64,000 bases of DNA, taken from the NCBI GenBank assembly GCA_964016885.1, contig OZ024742.1:48732001-48796000 (forward strand), in the 5' to 3' direction. Positions 39,616 to 53,849 of this stretch are shown here, one piece after another. Position 1 is the stretch's first letter; each line of letters starts with the position of its first letter. A program made the position numbers and the translations under genes. Below the pieces are notes generated by a model. It saw nothing but the letters and a program-made list of their open reading frames with translations, was not told where the DNA came from and ran no database searches. Source of the stretch: Eledone cirrhosa (taxonomy: Eukaryota).

Positions 39616-40240
39616 TATGAAGAGAGAAGAAACATTTAGATATAATTAGTAATAAAATGTATCATACCTAAACTGCTCCTAGATTCCTCGACTACGTAGT
39701 TTCGTGGCATAAACAAAAACAATATATCATGAAGATATAGAGTCCTTGCGAGGTCTGCCGACTTATCAAGAGGATACCTCATTTTACTAGTCTCAAGAAC
39801 GCGTCTACACGACGTGAGAAAGAATCCCAAAAGGCGGAGGGGGAGATAGTCACGCGATATAACGGTCGAGAAACAGAGCTAAGCCTCTTATAACCCCGAA
39901 GAAAATACCACGGAGGCGGAGGGGGTATTTATATCGAGGCCGTAGAAGATTTATATCACGTCGTGTAGACGCGTTCTTGAGACTAGTAAAATGAGGTATC
40001 CTCTTGATAAGTCGGCAGACCTCGCAAGGACTCTATATCTTCATGATATATTGTTTTTGTTTATGCCACGAAACTACGTAGTCGAGGAATTTAGGAGCAG
40101 TTTAGGTATGATACATTTTATTACTAATTATATCTAAATGTTTCTTCTCTCTTCATAATGTATTATTAACTCTGATACTGGTTCAGTCTAGTTCAACTGA
40201 ATTGGTCTGTCCCAGTCATTCATTGAGCAACATCGGTGAA
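39611..40240 (+). mobile_element. Young fold-back element with ~205 bp almost identical arms, each holding a U3-A8 HHR
   Basis: Arms at 39611-39817 and 39956-40162. Confidence 0.9.
39999..40088 (+). ncRNA. Type I hammerhead with U3-A8 variant core (mirror copy on the minus strand at about 39685-39774)
   Basis: tcctc-TTGATAA-gtcggca...tgccac-GAAA-ctacgtag-TC-gagga; palindromic stem III actacgtagt, GUC site. Confidence 0.75.
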
Positions 40241-40324
40241 GTTGGCACCCTTAACTCACAGTTGGGTGCGGATGCATTCATGTATATATGTGTGTGTGTC
40301 CGCATGTATCTATGTGTTTCTAAT

Positions 40325-40364
<40 letters not shown>

Positions 40365-40367
<3 letters not shown>

Positions 40368-41469
40368 ACTCCAGCGACATATCCTCCGTTCCTTCTGTAT
40401 CATCTCTGCCGACCTCGTCACTTATCGCTTTTTTCAAAACCCACCCATTACTGCTTTAAGCGCGCCCGAAACCTCCGCGATCTCCTGGTTCGCAGTTCTT
40501 TTTCATCCTCTTCCACGACTCCACCCGGCTCTCATCCTTGTTTCCGTTCCCACTGCAACACTTGTCTCTTTATTTCCACCCTCACCACTCTTACAGGCCC
40601 TCACGGGTTTTCTGTATCCGCCATCCTTCACCTGTAGATCCACCCACGTTGTCTATGCCCTCCGGTGTTCCCTTTGCGGGTCTTTAGATATCGGACAAAC
40701 GAGACGCCGTATGGCGGACCGTTTTGCCGAACATTTGAGGGACATACGTATTGGTTTGGATACTACTGTCGCCCGTCATTTCTGTTCTCCTGGTCATTCT
40801 TCCCTACATGTTTCAGTCCTGGGTGTCCTTTTACATCATGGATCAAAGCCTCGCGCACCAGGACTGAATGAAGTCTGTTTCACCGTGTTGGGTCCTTTTC
40901 CCTTCTTGGACTCAACTCACCTCCCCAATTTCTCTAATACCCCGTCTATTAACACACCCTAGATTCCTATCGCTTTCTCTTTGCTCATAGCTTCGTACTT
41001 ACATGCACACACACTATTTTACTTATATATAAACACACAACTCTTCTTACGGACCTATAATAACACTAACACACACATACGCACACATACACAAACACAA
41101 ACATACACACACACACAATCTAATGCTTACGCACGTGTTCAAGTATAGCTCTTTTTACAAACGGTTTTTTTTCCATTTCAGGTAGACGCGCGCCATCATC
41201 CACTTTTCTACAAAAACAAATCATACACAAAACGCCACCACCAACAGTTTTGCAAGAGATGTCAACATGAATGGACCTATTATTTTTATCTAAAGACATT
41301 ATTTCCAATGTCATTCCTCCCGTCCCCTTAATCTATTTTATTTCTCATTCTTTCTTCTGATGAAGGACTAGCGTCAGAAACGTTAAGACCCTCTTCCTGC
41401 TATATCAAGCGTTAACCTAATATATACCTTCGATATACTGTACTGATTGTGTTGTTATTTCTGTTTACC

Positions 41470-41475
<6 letters not shown>
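40365..41475 (+). mobile_element. 5'-truncated Neptune-type PLE (Cys linker, GIY-YIG, pLTR with HHR)
   Basis: FKRARNLRDLLVRS...PCFRSHCNTC...FTCRSTHVVYALRCSLCG..YIGQTRRRMADRFAEHLRDI...VARHF. Confidence 0.88.
41353..41388 (+). ncRNA. Minimal type I hammerhead
   Basis: tctt-CTGATGA-aggac-tagc-gtca-GAAA-cg-TT-aaga. Confidence 0.75.
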
Positions 41476-41539
<64 letters not shown>

Positions 41540-41540
<1 letters not shown>

Positions 41541-44500
41541 CTATTTGTAGTTATGTATATAGTATAAACAACGACAAACACGAAGGTCAGTAATTTCTTA
41601 ATAACCTTATTACCATTAAGGGAAATAGCTCAATGTATGAACATCAGTTTTTTTACAGAACAGTTAAATCAATAAATTATACAATTATCAAAGTTGTGTT
41701 CAAATCATTTAATAGCTGACAATCGTTTCTTCCAAACTCTCGTTTGCAGACATCGGAGCATTATCAATGTTTGCACATATATTTCACCTCCTATTCAACT
41801 GAACAATAATATAGATACATATAAATTTATGTTGTGAGCAACAGTTTCGTATTTACAGTGTGGAATGGATGCGACATATATTTTACGAGAATTGTACAAT
41901 AATTGTACAAGCATTCAAGTTCAAATTAAAATTAAAATCAAAATTAAATTAAAATCAAAATCAAAATCAAAAACACGGTGTGGAATACATGCAACAGTTA
42001 AAACAAGGGAACAGTCCAAATATTAAAGAGGCATTGAGGAAGCATTTATGAGAAAGGAAGAGTGCGATAACAATTGATATGCAGGCGTGTGGATATTAGT
42101 GACTGCGTAAGTCATATACATGAGAAGGAGACAAGCAAAGCTATTGTGCATATATAGATGAATAAATACTGCAGTTAAAGCAATTGTGTTAATGTATTAG
42201 AGTCTATGGTGGGTGTTGGATGATTATGGTGTTCGAATTATTGTGTGTTGAGAAACACAGTTTTTGCAGACTTTTCCATGACATATGTTGAAATAAACTT
42301 TAGTTGGTGTTTATATTGAGTGTTTTAAGTTAGTTAGAGCAATGGTTTGTAAATTAGTCTTAATGAATTCATATTCATAGACTATATTTGATCATCCGTT
42401 ACATTTTCAATCGTTAATTTCCGGAAGTGAATAAGGGGAGCTAATGCGTAAGGGGAGGTAACTAGCTAATTAAGTTCAGTTCAGTTATTAAAATTCTTTG
42501 TTCTAATACACAATATAATGTGATACCATTGGATCTCTGTTACTTAACTCTGTATATTTATGCCTGATTTTACAATATAGTGTATTCTACTATCATACAT
42601 AAAGGTTTCTTTAGATTGTTACCTATTCATTCCTAGACAAGGTATATGTCATGAAGGACCATACAGCTGTTAATATGTCATAATAGATTGGCTATATGTG
42701 CAATAACATCATCCCTATCGTAGAATGCTATCACATTTTATATTTAATTATAAGTGCATATATTATGTTGTGCAATTTAATCATTTACTTATACAACCGT
42801 AAATGCACACATAGTCTATCATCATACATTTCATTAAATGTCTCTACATACCAAGTGCCAAATATCCATTACTGCATATGATATAATTAATATATTGTAG
42901 TTATATCACAAGGTGGTAACTCTATGTCTAATTCTAACTGTTATTGCAAGGCATAAGGTTATAGATGAATAGGAGTTGTGTAGCGGAAACAGTTGGTCGG
43001 GGGGGGGGGGGCTAACTCCTAGATGTGTAGTGTTAATGGTGGTGGGGGATTCAAATCTGACATTGTTGTATACTAACAGCTAAGTTTAAAGTTATGGAAC
43101 GAGTGTCAGTACCGGTGTTGGCACGAGGAAAATATCTCTGACTGTCTATTAAAGAGGTCTAGTTTCGAAGAGATTATAGTATGGGTCTCCAGAAGGCAGA
43201 GATTACACAATGTATTCGGTGGTTTATACGATGAGGCTCTACCTACTACTTCTCATTGCAGTGTAAATGGTCTATTCCTAGTTTTCAGAGAGTGCATGTA
43301 GCTAGATAAAGAAGTGGAGCTGGCTAGATTGTGCTTTTTGAAAGAGTAGAGGTGCCAGTTGTATCTCGTCTTGAGGTTGTTCGAAGTAGAACCTATATAT
43401 GTTTTAGAAGAGTTGTTTGCGTTGACAGTGCATGAGTAGATGATGTCTTTGGTTAAGCAATTATTACCTGAGGGGCAAGTTCTATTAGTTCTACAGTTAC
43501 ATTTATTCTGGGTGTTAGCTTGCCGGTTCCTATGTTGTGAAGAATTCTGATTGCTAGGAGTAGCATTAGGGTAATGAGGCCTATCATTCGTATTGTTATT
43601 GATTTCATTAGTGCTATTATCATTATTACCATTATTACTACCATTGTTTACAGGTACTAAGTTTACCTCCCGTTGCGTTTTAATTAGTTGGAAATAGCTA
43701 TTAATCTTTCTTTTATTACTACTAGCTATATGGCATGCTGTGTTAGGTGTGGTGGAGTACGATATTTTAATTGTATTTTTATTGATAAGGCTATGGCACT
43801 TGTGGCCGGTTGGGAAGTTCTTTCTAAGATTGAGAAGAAAGCCTTAGGCAAGTTGGTAGAGACGTTTAGATTGAAGGGGAGGGGGGGGGGTGAAGAATGT
43901 ATTAGTTCTCCTTCTATTTTTGTTTATAGTATTGTTTTTTGAGGTATTTATATTCTTGTTTCTATTATTATTGTGGTGTTTACTTTGGTGCGAGTTAAGT
44001 TTGGTATCAGTCTTCTTCTTAGAGTTATAGTGGCTATTGTTTTCACTATTTTTCCTCATGGCCATATTATGAGAAATGATGTTGTAAATATGTGATTTTA
44101 TAGGTAGGAATTCAATCTCATTCTTCTGTCCTGATTTAGCTAAGGCCTCATTATAGTATTGTGAATTATTGTTGAATATAGTTTCATTATATCATAGATT
44201 AGAGATTCTATTAGATATTCCTTTGGTAATGGAGTTTAATATGGATTTAGGGTGGTTAGAGTTGGTGTTCACATAAATTAGTTTTTCGTTAGCTTTATGA
44301 TAGGGTGTGTATACTCTAGAGTCTAGGCTAAGGGTAGCGTCAAGGAAGTTGACGTTTTTAGTGTTTTTATCTAAGGTGATACATAAGTTGTAGTTTTTGA
44401 ACATTTTGTGTAACTGTTTCCTAGTTTGTTCAATATTAATTTTTTTATAGTCTATATGGAGAAGCGCACCATCGCGGTATAAACCACCGTTGAGGTTCTT

Positions 44501-45530
44501 GTCGATTTCATTAAGTAGGTATAGGCCCACCAAATCGGTGACCTGCGCCGAGTCACTAGATCCCATGGTTATGTCAAAGTTGTTATGCGTATCCTTGCGG
44601 GTCCATAATTGATCTTCAAAAGAAATTATGCTTTTTCGGGCCGCAAGTATGACATCAATTTGGAATCTAGTCAGGTCACTATTGTTCATGGCCATAATTA
44701 GAGTCTTATTTAATAGGATAGGGGAAATAGAGGTGTAGTATGAATTGATATCAAATTGTCTAATTTTTTTATATTTTTATACTCTTTAATACACTTGAAC
44801 CATTCAATAACCTCACCAGATTTCCCCATTCGTTAAGGTGCTTAAATTGTGGGATGATTTTATCTAATATTTTCTTACTGATAATACTAATGTCAGACTT
44901 GGAAGGGCAAATCAGTCTAATTGAAGGGTTACTAATGAAGTCTTCCTTATGGTCCTTCAGAGAGAATCTTGGAGGATTAGGGGTGTATGGCTGTGTATGT
45001 CTCTGAAGTACTAATTTACTCTCTATATTACGGCCTTCAATATTTATATCTTCCAGGTTTTTAGTAGTAGTTTTCTAGTAGCTCTATGCAGTTCCTTATA
45101 TATGAATTTTCTATAAGTATCGTAATCTAAGTTATATATATTATTAGTTTTATCTGCATGCACTATGATTTTTCTATGTTCATTAAATCCTTTAATAGTG
45201 AGGTTACGGTAGTTTAATGTGTTGTTTCTATTGTGATGTTTTTTGTATTTTATGTTCTTAACTAGTTTAAGTAGGTCATCTTCAAATGAGTTTAATAATG
45301 TGTTGTAGGGAGGGCTTTTAAATGTTTTAAAGCCGTAATTGTCGAAGTTGTTCGATCCCTGTTTTTGTCTGAACGTTTTCTATCGTTTTCTATCTATTGA
45401 TAAAAGAGATGACACTATTATATATATATATAACAAGTAAGAATAGTTTGGAAACAGCGAGTGAGTTTGAAATGATAAATGTAAGCTATCGCCGTATTTT
45501 GTATCAGTGTTTATCCCTATCATATATTCA
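41540..45530 (-). mobile_element. Near full-length decayed Naiad-type PLE
   Basis: NYGFKTFKSPPYNTLLNSFEDDL, ORF 44192-44695 (FDITMGSSDSAQVTDLVG, GLYRDG, NFLDATL), KCNCRTNRTCPSGNNCL and LCNLCLLE. About 1.5 kb 3' UTR with a degenerate HHR at 41714-41759. Confidence 0.9.
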
Positions 45531-45532
45531 TT

Positions 45533-45600
<68 letters not shown>

Positions 45601-45611
45601 TATGTATATTC

Positions 45612-45663
<52 letters not shown>

Positions 45664-45672
45664 ATATATACA

Positions 45673-45762
<90 letters not shown>

Positions 45763-45989
45763 TGTGTGTATGTGAGGGGGTATGTGAGTGAGTGTGGCCA
45801 TTCTATAACAAAATAATATTTCTGTGTTACTCGTATAGCTTTATTTATCTTAAATGCAAGCCGCTAAATAGTTAATTTTTTTTCCATTTGATATTCTTAT
45901 GAGACATCTTTCTTTCTCGGGTTAGATAAGACATCGTATGGTGATTATAATGCATCGAAAGAAAGAAAATATGGAATAAGTTTAAAAAT

Positions 45990-46290
45990 GATCAAATAAA
46001 ATTATCAATCTTAGGAAGCCAGTAGCGTCAAGTGCGAAAGTCTGAATGGTGGTCGATGGAGCAGGACTAGGGCCCTTTGCGCTCAAGAAAAATATCATGT
46101 CACGTGATTTCTTTCCTCTCTAGGTCACTATTTGCCATTCAACTGGACACATCAGGGTGTTACTATGTAATTCCTCAGTATATGTACTCAATCAATAATG
46201 TAACGTTAGTATGGGCGCTCGATCTCTTAGAAAGAGCAGCGACATCACTGTCGTATAATTCACCCTAGCCTTAAAAAGAAAGGAAGCAAT
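45990..46290 (+). mobile_element. Decayed SINE (CORE-like family)
   Basis: Weak similarity to 11350-11525. Confidence 0.35.
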
Positions 46291-46849
46291 GGATAATATA
46301 GTCTTAGATATATAAGTTATGCTTGCATAACTTATATATGTAAGTATACTTAAAGCTCACGCCTGCAAACACGTTGATAAAATATCATCAGGATTAATGC
46401 GCAACAACGATATCAAATACAAAATAAGTTATTTAATATTCTAGACATGTAATTTTTATTCCATTTTTTACTTTCTGTCTCACTGACTCAGCAATATTTG
46501 TTGCGACTTCAACACCTTTGTCACCACCCATCCCTCTACCATGATAGACAGATATCACGGTATTTTTTTCATGAACTTGATGGCGCCAGGTGTTATTTCA
46601 TTATTAGTTTTGTTATTGTTGGTTTGTCAATCTGTCGTCACGTTGTAATAACGTATACTTTTCTTTCGTAAATTTTATTTATTTTCACTTATTTTCTGGT
46701 TAAAGCTTTTGCTGCAAGCTGGAATTAGGGTGCTATGCATTGACCGCACAATAGCGACCCCTTATTTGTGTTTATGGCCCATATATTATTTATGAAATTA
46801 AACTCACAAAAGAGAGTGGAGTTGACACAACATGTCTACTATCGAAAAA

Positions 46850-48330
46850 GTGTTTAAGAATATTTCGCACTTAGAAAACATGACATATAGCACATGAATG
46901 ACAACACCTCCTTTTTGGCGAAGCCCTCATTAACTTGTTCATGTTTCACATGAAGAAAAGAATCACACACAATTCCCCCCAAATATTTGCACCCAGCCAT
47001 TACCAGACACATGCACACCCTCTTCTCCTGGTGAAGGTGAAGAAGAAGCACAAATGCGAAAAGAAATAAAGACACAAACATAATGTCAGTATACAGTCCC
47101 TGCCAGATATCCACACCCACTCCAGAAAACACAAAACTTCATACAAACCAAACACAAACACATCCCCCACATCCCCAACCGGCAACCCAACTACCATTAA
47201 CTCCACCATCACACCTAAGTGAGCCACAAAAAGCGACAACCAGAAAAATAAACACAAACACACAAATCAACTACAACCAACAGCAAAGTTCATGCTGGTA
47301 TGATAGTCCAATCACGAACTGATTGCCCTCTTAGCACGAAGTAAAGAGATTTAGAGAGAAGGGGCTATCTTAGTCACCACTTTGCAACCTCAAAGTGCCA
47401 CAAAGCACTCATGATGATGCAAATGGCACATCAGACTTATGAAAGTATTAAGGATAGCTACCGAATGTAAGGGCGACTAGTAGGCTATTATAGGGATTCC
47501 CAAATGAAACTTCTCTAAATATGAAAACCGAACCAACCGATCTTCGACAATACCGGGATGGTAACTAGTTGCTCCATTTTTTCTTCTTTAACTGAGCAGT
47601 CAAAATCGAAATTTCACTCTAAATCTCTATAGAGGATTAGTGGTGGACAAGGGTTATGACGTTCTCGGATAGGCTCTGGGTAACGACGAGTTCGAATTTT
47701 CCGGAGAACTTTCAAGCCGAGGACGATGGATAAATTCTAGAATTCCCTCGCTTACAGTACTCCCGCGAGATACTGCCTGTTTGAGACAAACTTTACAATC
47801 ACGGGAATCCTGTCAGATGGAGCTGTCCGTTATGCGCACAGAGCGACAAAACATTTCTGTGTACACTCGTTCATTCCGTGCATTACTGCTTTGTGAAATT
47901 TTGTAGAACAGATATTATCGTGCGTATGTCGGATCCGGCTACTGACCGATTCCAACATAAAGTGCGCCCAACCACTTTTTTGGGCCGGGAAGGGCAAACA
48001 GTTTTTCACTTCCTACTGGCTGTAGCGAAAGAGGTTGCGTTTTGGCCGCAGCTGATAGGAGTAAGTACTAATACTTCCCTCTTCGGTCAAGACCTCATCA
48101 ACTTTAGCAATTTACATTTTCACTTGGAAAGGAAAGTGAGATCAGAGAGGGCAATGCTGCCTCCCAGTACATTTGTTAAAATAAGGGTGAAATAGGTGCG
48201 ATGGCCTGAGTGAATGGGCCTCTACTCACCACACTGGAGAATGTTTTTAGAGAGGAAATGTGCGCCCTCCTAGGGTGCTCTTGGAGAGTAGGTGGGTTGG
48301 GGATTTTGTATTAACCTTCAAGTTGCGGCC
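46850..48330 (+). mobile_element. Internally deleted, decayed Tx1-family element
   Basis: ORF1-like QISTPTPEN, then LYRGLVVDKGYDVLG...MDKF.NSLA...DKLYNHG...CPLC and FLLAVAKEV, matching the ORF2 C-terminus. Confidence 0.7.
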
Positions 48331-48349
48331 CTTCTGGCCCACAATCAAA

Positions 48350-48950
48350 TCATCATTATTATTTGATATCTCAATCATTGATGTTATTTTACCGGAACAT
48401 AGGCCCAGATGAACAATAAGCCGCTACATAGAGCCTCACATAATCACTTGTATCAGATAATCCTAGCTGTTCCCAGCAGACATACCTTTTGAGGTTTTAC
48501 AAAAAAAGGGACCTAGGCAAACATTATTTAGCCAGCGTTGGAAACTCTTCTATGGGGACGGCCTTCATCGTATGACAGTCCTAAACTTTTGCAGTTCCCA
48601 CTTTATATCCTGGTACTGGATAATGTCATCCTTCTCCTTCTTGCACTCTAGTGCCAAAGAATCGAGTTACATCCATAATTAAGCAAGATTTCTTCTTGTC
48701 AAAAACCATCAGGTCTAATTTGTTAACTGATTGCATCATGAAATCCCACAGCACCTTCACTCGGTCTTTTTCTATCACCGACTCTGGCTTATGATCATAC
48801 CACTTCTCAGAGTAGTGTAAATTATTCCGTTTTCATAAATATCATTGGATCACTTTTCTTATGATACCATGCCTCCATCGTTTATAATGAGTCTGAGCTT
48901 GGTGTTTACATTCGGATTCGATGTTAGCCTCAGTTTCGTTACTATCTTAT
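48350..48950 (-). mobile_element. R4/Dong-like non-LTR element, restriction-like endonuclease (RLE) 3' remnant
   Basis: Minus strand: HYKRWRHGIIRKVI...EKWYDHKPESVIEKDRVKVLWDF...NKLDLMVFDKKKSCLIMDVT...YQDIKWELQK. Confidence 0.75.
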
Positions 48951-49570
48951 CATAGATCATTATTGTTTTTTTATAGTTGTTGTTTTTATGGTGGTGTTGG
49001 TGATGATGGCCGTCATCATTCTTCTACTCGTCATTATTCTTAATTTTATGATGTTGTTACTATGGTTGATTTTTCTCATCGTTATTCTTGTTTACATAAC
49101 GACTATATTTAAGCTTTGGCTGGCTAACATTGAAGATATTATACAAAGAAACAAACACACAAAGATAAGGATGATAACAAATGCAGCAGCATTACCACCA
49201 CCACCACTACTACCACCACCACGACCAACAACAACAACAACAGCAACTATAACAAAACATCAACAGCAATAATAGCAGTGACGACGCCCACAGAAAAAAC
49301 AAGGACAACAGTAACAACAACTGCAGCGAATTCAACAAAAACAGTAACCATATCAAAATTAACTTCTGCAACATGAAAAACGACATCAGCAGCTACAACA
49401 ACAACGTCAATAAAAAAGAAGACAGCAAAAACAATATTAACAGCAACAACACCAACCATAATAGAGTTAACGTAATTAACACATAGATTAAATAAGAATA
49501 TCTGTAACTGATCTCAGGGTGAGAATTTTCAAAGTAAATATGTAATTCTAGATACGGTGTGTAGGTGTGC

Positions 49571-49602
<32 letters not shown>

Positions 49603-49604
49603 AG

Positions 49605-49660
<56 letters not shown>

Positions 49661-50179
49661 CGGTGTGCATATATATGTGTGTGTGTAGGCGTGCCATTAT
49701 AACAGAGCGTGAGTCTGTGTAAGAGTGTCTGCATATGTGTGAGTGTGTCGGTCTGTATGTGTACGAGAGAGTGTGTGATTGAATATTTGTGAGCATGTGT
49801 GTTTTTTTTTATGTTTGGGTGGTAGAATATTTGGAAGAATTTATATCGTATATACGTGAGTGGATGCCCATATATATATATAAGTATGTATGTTTATATG
49901 TATGTTCTTTCTGGTGTCATTATTTTATAATTTTCTTTCACCAATAGAAAGAGGGCCGGTTTCTAACATAGACACAAGTCTCTTTCATTGGAATTTAGAC
50001 ATCAACTAGGTAAATATGCATGCATTGCATGTGTGCATGTGTGTGGAAGCATGGATATTTCTGTATGTTTGAATCTGTGTGTTTTGAGTTATATGTGTAT
50101 CGTGCATATATTTTGTATACACACATATGTATATGCATTTGTTACATGCAGAATTTTAGACATCTTTTATATATATTTA

Positions 50180-50550
50180 CAGTTCCGGATTGCACTTGTA
50201 ACTTAATTAACTTCCCTCCTCCATTTTCTCCAGAACTATTTTTCGACTTTTCATACACTATCCTTAGAATCTGGTGTATAGATTTCACTTTCAACTCTTG
50301 ACCCGCTCCACTCACGCCCTCATTGTTCTACAGGCAAGTTCAGCCACCCTTACCTCCCACCAAATGCCATGAAAGACATATTTGTGTTTACAACAAATTT
50401 TGACCAATCCTCTTGACAACTACAATCTTCCCATATAAGGAAGTACCCCTTGACAAGTTTGGCTATTTATTTACCAGGCTAAAAATTCTTATTTAGTCCA
50501 GAAATAGCCGTCGAAACGGCTTGAGCTCTGCCGTCGGAGTCATACTTTTT

Positions 50551-50555
<5 letters not shown>
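50180..50555 (+). mobile_element. PLE 3' end fragment with an HHR-like motif (core UUGACAA)
   Basis: ELFF.LFIHTL..G.DF-like C-terminus. TTGACAA at 50450, stem II ggctattt/aaatagcc, then GAAA. Confidence 0.55.
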
Positions 50556-50603
<48 letters not shown>

Positions 50604-50637
50604 ATGTGTGTGTAATATGTATATATATATAGAGAGA

Positions 50638-50820
50638 GAGAAATTAGCTCTACGGGACTAGAATGGTTTTATTCGAAGGAAATGATCAGGAAAGCCCTTA
50701 TGATTTCCTTCGAATGACAGAGTTCTAGTCCTGTAGAAGCCATTTCTATATTAAATATATATACTCTGGTATTTCTTGAGTACCTTACTTACTGTGGTCA
50801 CCTCCGATTTAACCCGGGAT
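50638..50820. repeat. Short fold-back element
   Basis: ctacgggactagaat...attcgaaggaaat / atttccttcgaat...ttctagtcctgtag. Confidence 0.7.
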
Positions 50821-50967
50821 ACACACACAGACACAAACACACATCACACACACACGCATGTATATATATATACGTGTGTGTGTGTGTGTGTCTGATGGTA
50901 GCTAAGATGCTTCCATAGGCGGTATGCCGGTTGAGCACTCTATGCTCTTACAGAGCAGTGTATGATA

Positions 50968-51255
50968 GAATGGAAAACGAAAAATCAGTGATGCATGTGG
51001 ACTCAATTTATTGTGTGTTACAATATTTTCCCTGGCGGACAGCTCGAGACGCGATCATTGTGTGGATCTGTCTAATTCTGGATCTGCAGGTTGAGAGAAT
51101 ATGCTTCGAAATCATTAGACGTGTCCGACGAACCTGCGGGTCCAGAATGAGACAGATCCAGACAATGATCGCGTCTCGAGCTGTCCGCCGGGGAAACTAT
51201 TGTAACACACAATAAATTGAGTTCAGATGCATCACTAATTTTTCTTTTTCCATTA
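50968..51255 (+). mobile_element. Fold-back element (arms about 120 bp) with an HHR-like motif at 51121-51208
   Basis: gtgt-CCGACGA-acctgcgg...ccgccggg-GAAA-ctattg-TA-acac. Confidence 0.75.
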
Positions 51256-51289
51256 TATATATATATATTTATATATATATATATATATA

Positions 51290-51690
51290 TTTCGTTTCTG
51301 AATTTGTTTAGCAAGATTCTTTATCTGAAAACGTGTGTTGAAATCGATATTGTTATACTTTGGGAGGGTCATGTTGCCAATAAGAAACACACGCACCAGT
51401 TGCTTTCGCTCCTATTTATTATAAATTAAATTATAAATTTAAAACAATTTATAAATTTCCGGTTCCACAACCGGATGGTTGTTCATATATTGTCAAAGTT
51501 CTTTTGTCACACATTCCGTGACCTCATCAATGACCGGGGATTATTTATTTGTTTTGTGCCTCTTCTTTGTTCTGACCTACGCCATCTTATCTTTGTGTGT
51601 GTTGTGTGCTTAGTTTCCGCATGTGTTACATCCGGGTGTGTGTGTGGGTTTTTATTTGTTTAATTATTCGTTTATTTACATGTTACTATA
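51290..51690 (-). mobile_element. Second copy of the 3810-4320 element, HHR decayed
   Basis: Colinear reverse match. Core reads TTGATGA...AAAA. Confidence 0.85.
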
Positions 51691-51700
51691 CAGAGAGAGA

Positions 51701-51771
<71 letters not shown>

Positions 51772-52614
51772 AGAAAGAATCATGGAAAGAGCTCAAATTG
51801 TAGAAAAAACTCTTGAGGAATACTTACGAAGAATAACTAGAAAGTTATTTCCTATGAACTATATTCAGATTTTCGAAACATTTTCAGTAAATCCCAGGTT
51901 TTCAATGATTTATCAAAAACATTTTATATTCTTTCAGATGTTTCTCAAATTCTCGATGAATTTAGAAATCAAACTAATCTAAATAATAATCTAACACTAT
52001 ATGTATTTCTTTTGAAATAATTTGCTCAATTTCATGAGATTATATGGACGTTTCTTGTAGTGCGTATATTTTATACGTTGTCTGTATGTATCCATGTATT
52101 TATGTATGTATGCATATATGTATGCATGATATGGATGGATGGATAGAAGTGTAGATGTAAGGATGCATTCATAGTTCGATAGATGGACGAACATTTTCCT
52201 CCCTAATTGTTATTGGAATCGTAGTGTCACCGTTATTATATACTATTTATAATGCTACATTTAAACCTGGCGATACCTCTCACACTCTAGGTATGAACAC
52301 AGCCGATGTTTTTTTCCATAAGTGTTAGGGAAGAAGTAAAAAGGAAATAAAGAAGAAGAATCGGTGCAAGTCCTGGTGTGGTAATTCTTTTTTTATCATA
52401 CTCAAAATAATGAAAGGCCACAGCGAATACTTCAACGTATTCTCTCCGACGATTTAATTATTCTACCATTCCATACACGAATGCAAACCATTTAAATATC
52501 CTTATAGTCATTAAGTTAGTTATACTTTTGTGTGCTATTCAGATTCCACAGTAGCATTTTATTCGATGCTCTACCAATTTTGACAATCGACAACTCTTCT
52601 TTCATTGATAATAT

Positions 52615-52985
52615 TGGTTTCTTATATAGGCACAAGACCAGCAATTTTGGTGGAGGGGAAAGTCGATTAAATCAACACCAGTGCGTGAGAGGTACTTTAT
52701 TTTATCGACCCCGTAAGGATGAAAGGCAAAGTTAACATCTGCGGGATTTGAACTCAGATCATAAAAGGCCGTAACTCTATGTTGCAAAGCATGGCGTCCG
52801 ACCCTCTACCGATACTGCCAATCCACCACTCTTCTTTCATTGATAACATTAATTCCAAATAGGGCGTTGGATTGGAAGAACTGGTCGAGCCCGTGATAAA
52901 ATGCAACTGTTTAATTTATGCCAGCTATTTATGATCTCGTTTTAAATCCGGCGAGAGCAAGTTTGCCTTTCATCCTTTAGATACA
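52615..52985. mobile_element. Two head-to-head SINE copies (minus 52615-52832, plus 52862-52985)
   Basis: Minus copy: gtggattggcagtatcggtagagggtcggac...gagttcaaatcccgc...ctttgcctttcatccttacggggtcgataaaataaagtacc. Confidence 0.8.
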
Positions 52986-53638
52986 GCTAAATTACTGGAG
53001 AAACTAAACAAGAAATATAGATGACCTTGCTGCAAATGTTCTTATTTGGAATGGGCATTTATAGGATCAAATATTTTTTTCTTTTTATTTATTCATTATT
53101 ATTTTTTTTTTGTTCTTCAAGTTAATGATTTTCTTAGGATTTGTACCTATTACCAGCCTTCTTAAGATATCTGGAAATCTCATTTTACATCCTCAACTGA
53201 ACAACACTGCTCGGATATTTGCTCGCAATTTTTGCTCCACCATTAATGCATAGTTTTCCCATGTAACTAATGGAGACAATTTTATCAGATGCATAACAAT
53301 GATTTTGATTATCAAGCTTGTGGTGTTTAGCTAGTATCTTGATTAAAATAGTTCATCAAATGATCATTTGACTATCAACCATTTTGGTGATAATTTTAAT
53401 GAGGAGGGAATAATTGGCAGAGTGAAATGGGCGGATTTTGCAATAGATTAGACAGCATTTAGTTTAGAATTTTCCATTTCATAATTACTTGACACGCGTG
53501 GTAATTAAATGGCGCCTGATAGTAATTATAGCTTTACAAATAGGTAGTGACTCAATAATACCTTGCTACCAGGCCTGGATCAAATACCTGTATATCTATT
53601 TATCTAGCTATTTATATATTTCTCTCTCTCTATTTCTC

Positions 53639-53707
<69 letters not shown>

Positions 53708-53849
53708 CTCTCTCTCTTTCTCTCTCTGTATATACATTCACACAAAGAGAGAGAAATGAAAGAGAGGTGGTCGGTAGACAGATACATCGACAAGCATAGA
53801 AAGAGACAGACATACAGGAAGATAGATAGTTTGATATATACAGAGATAC

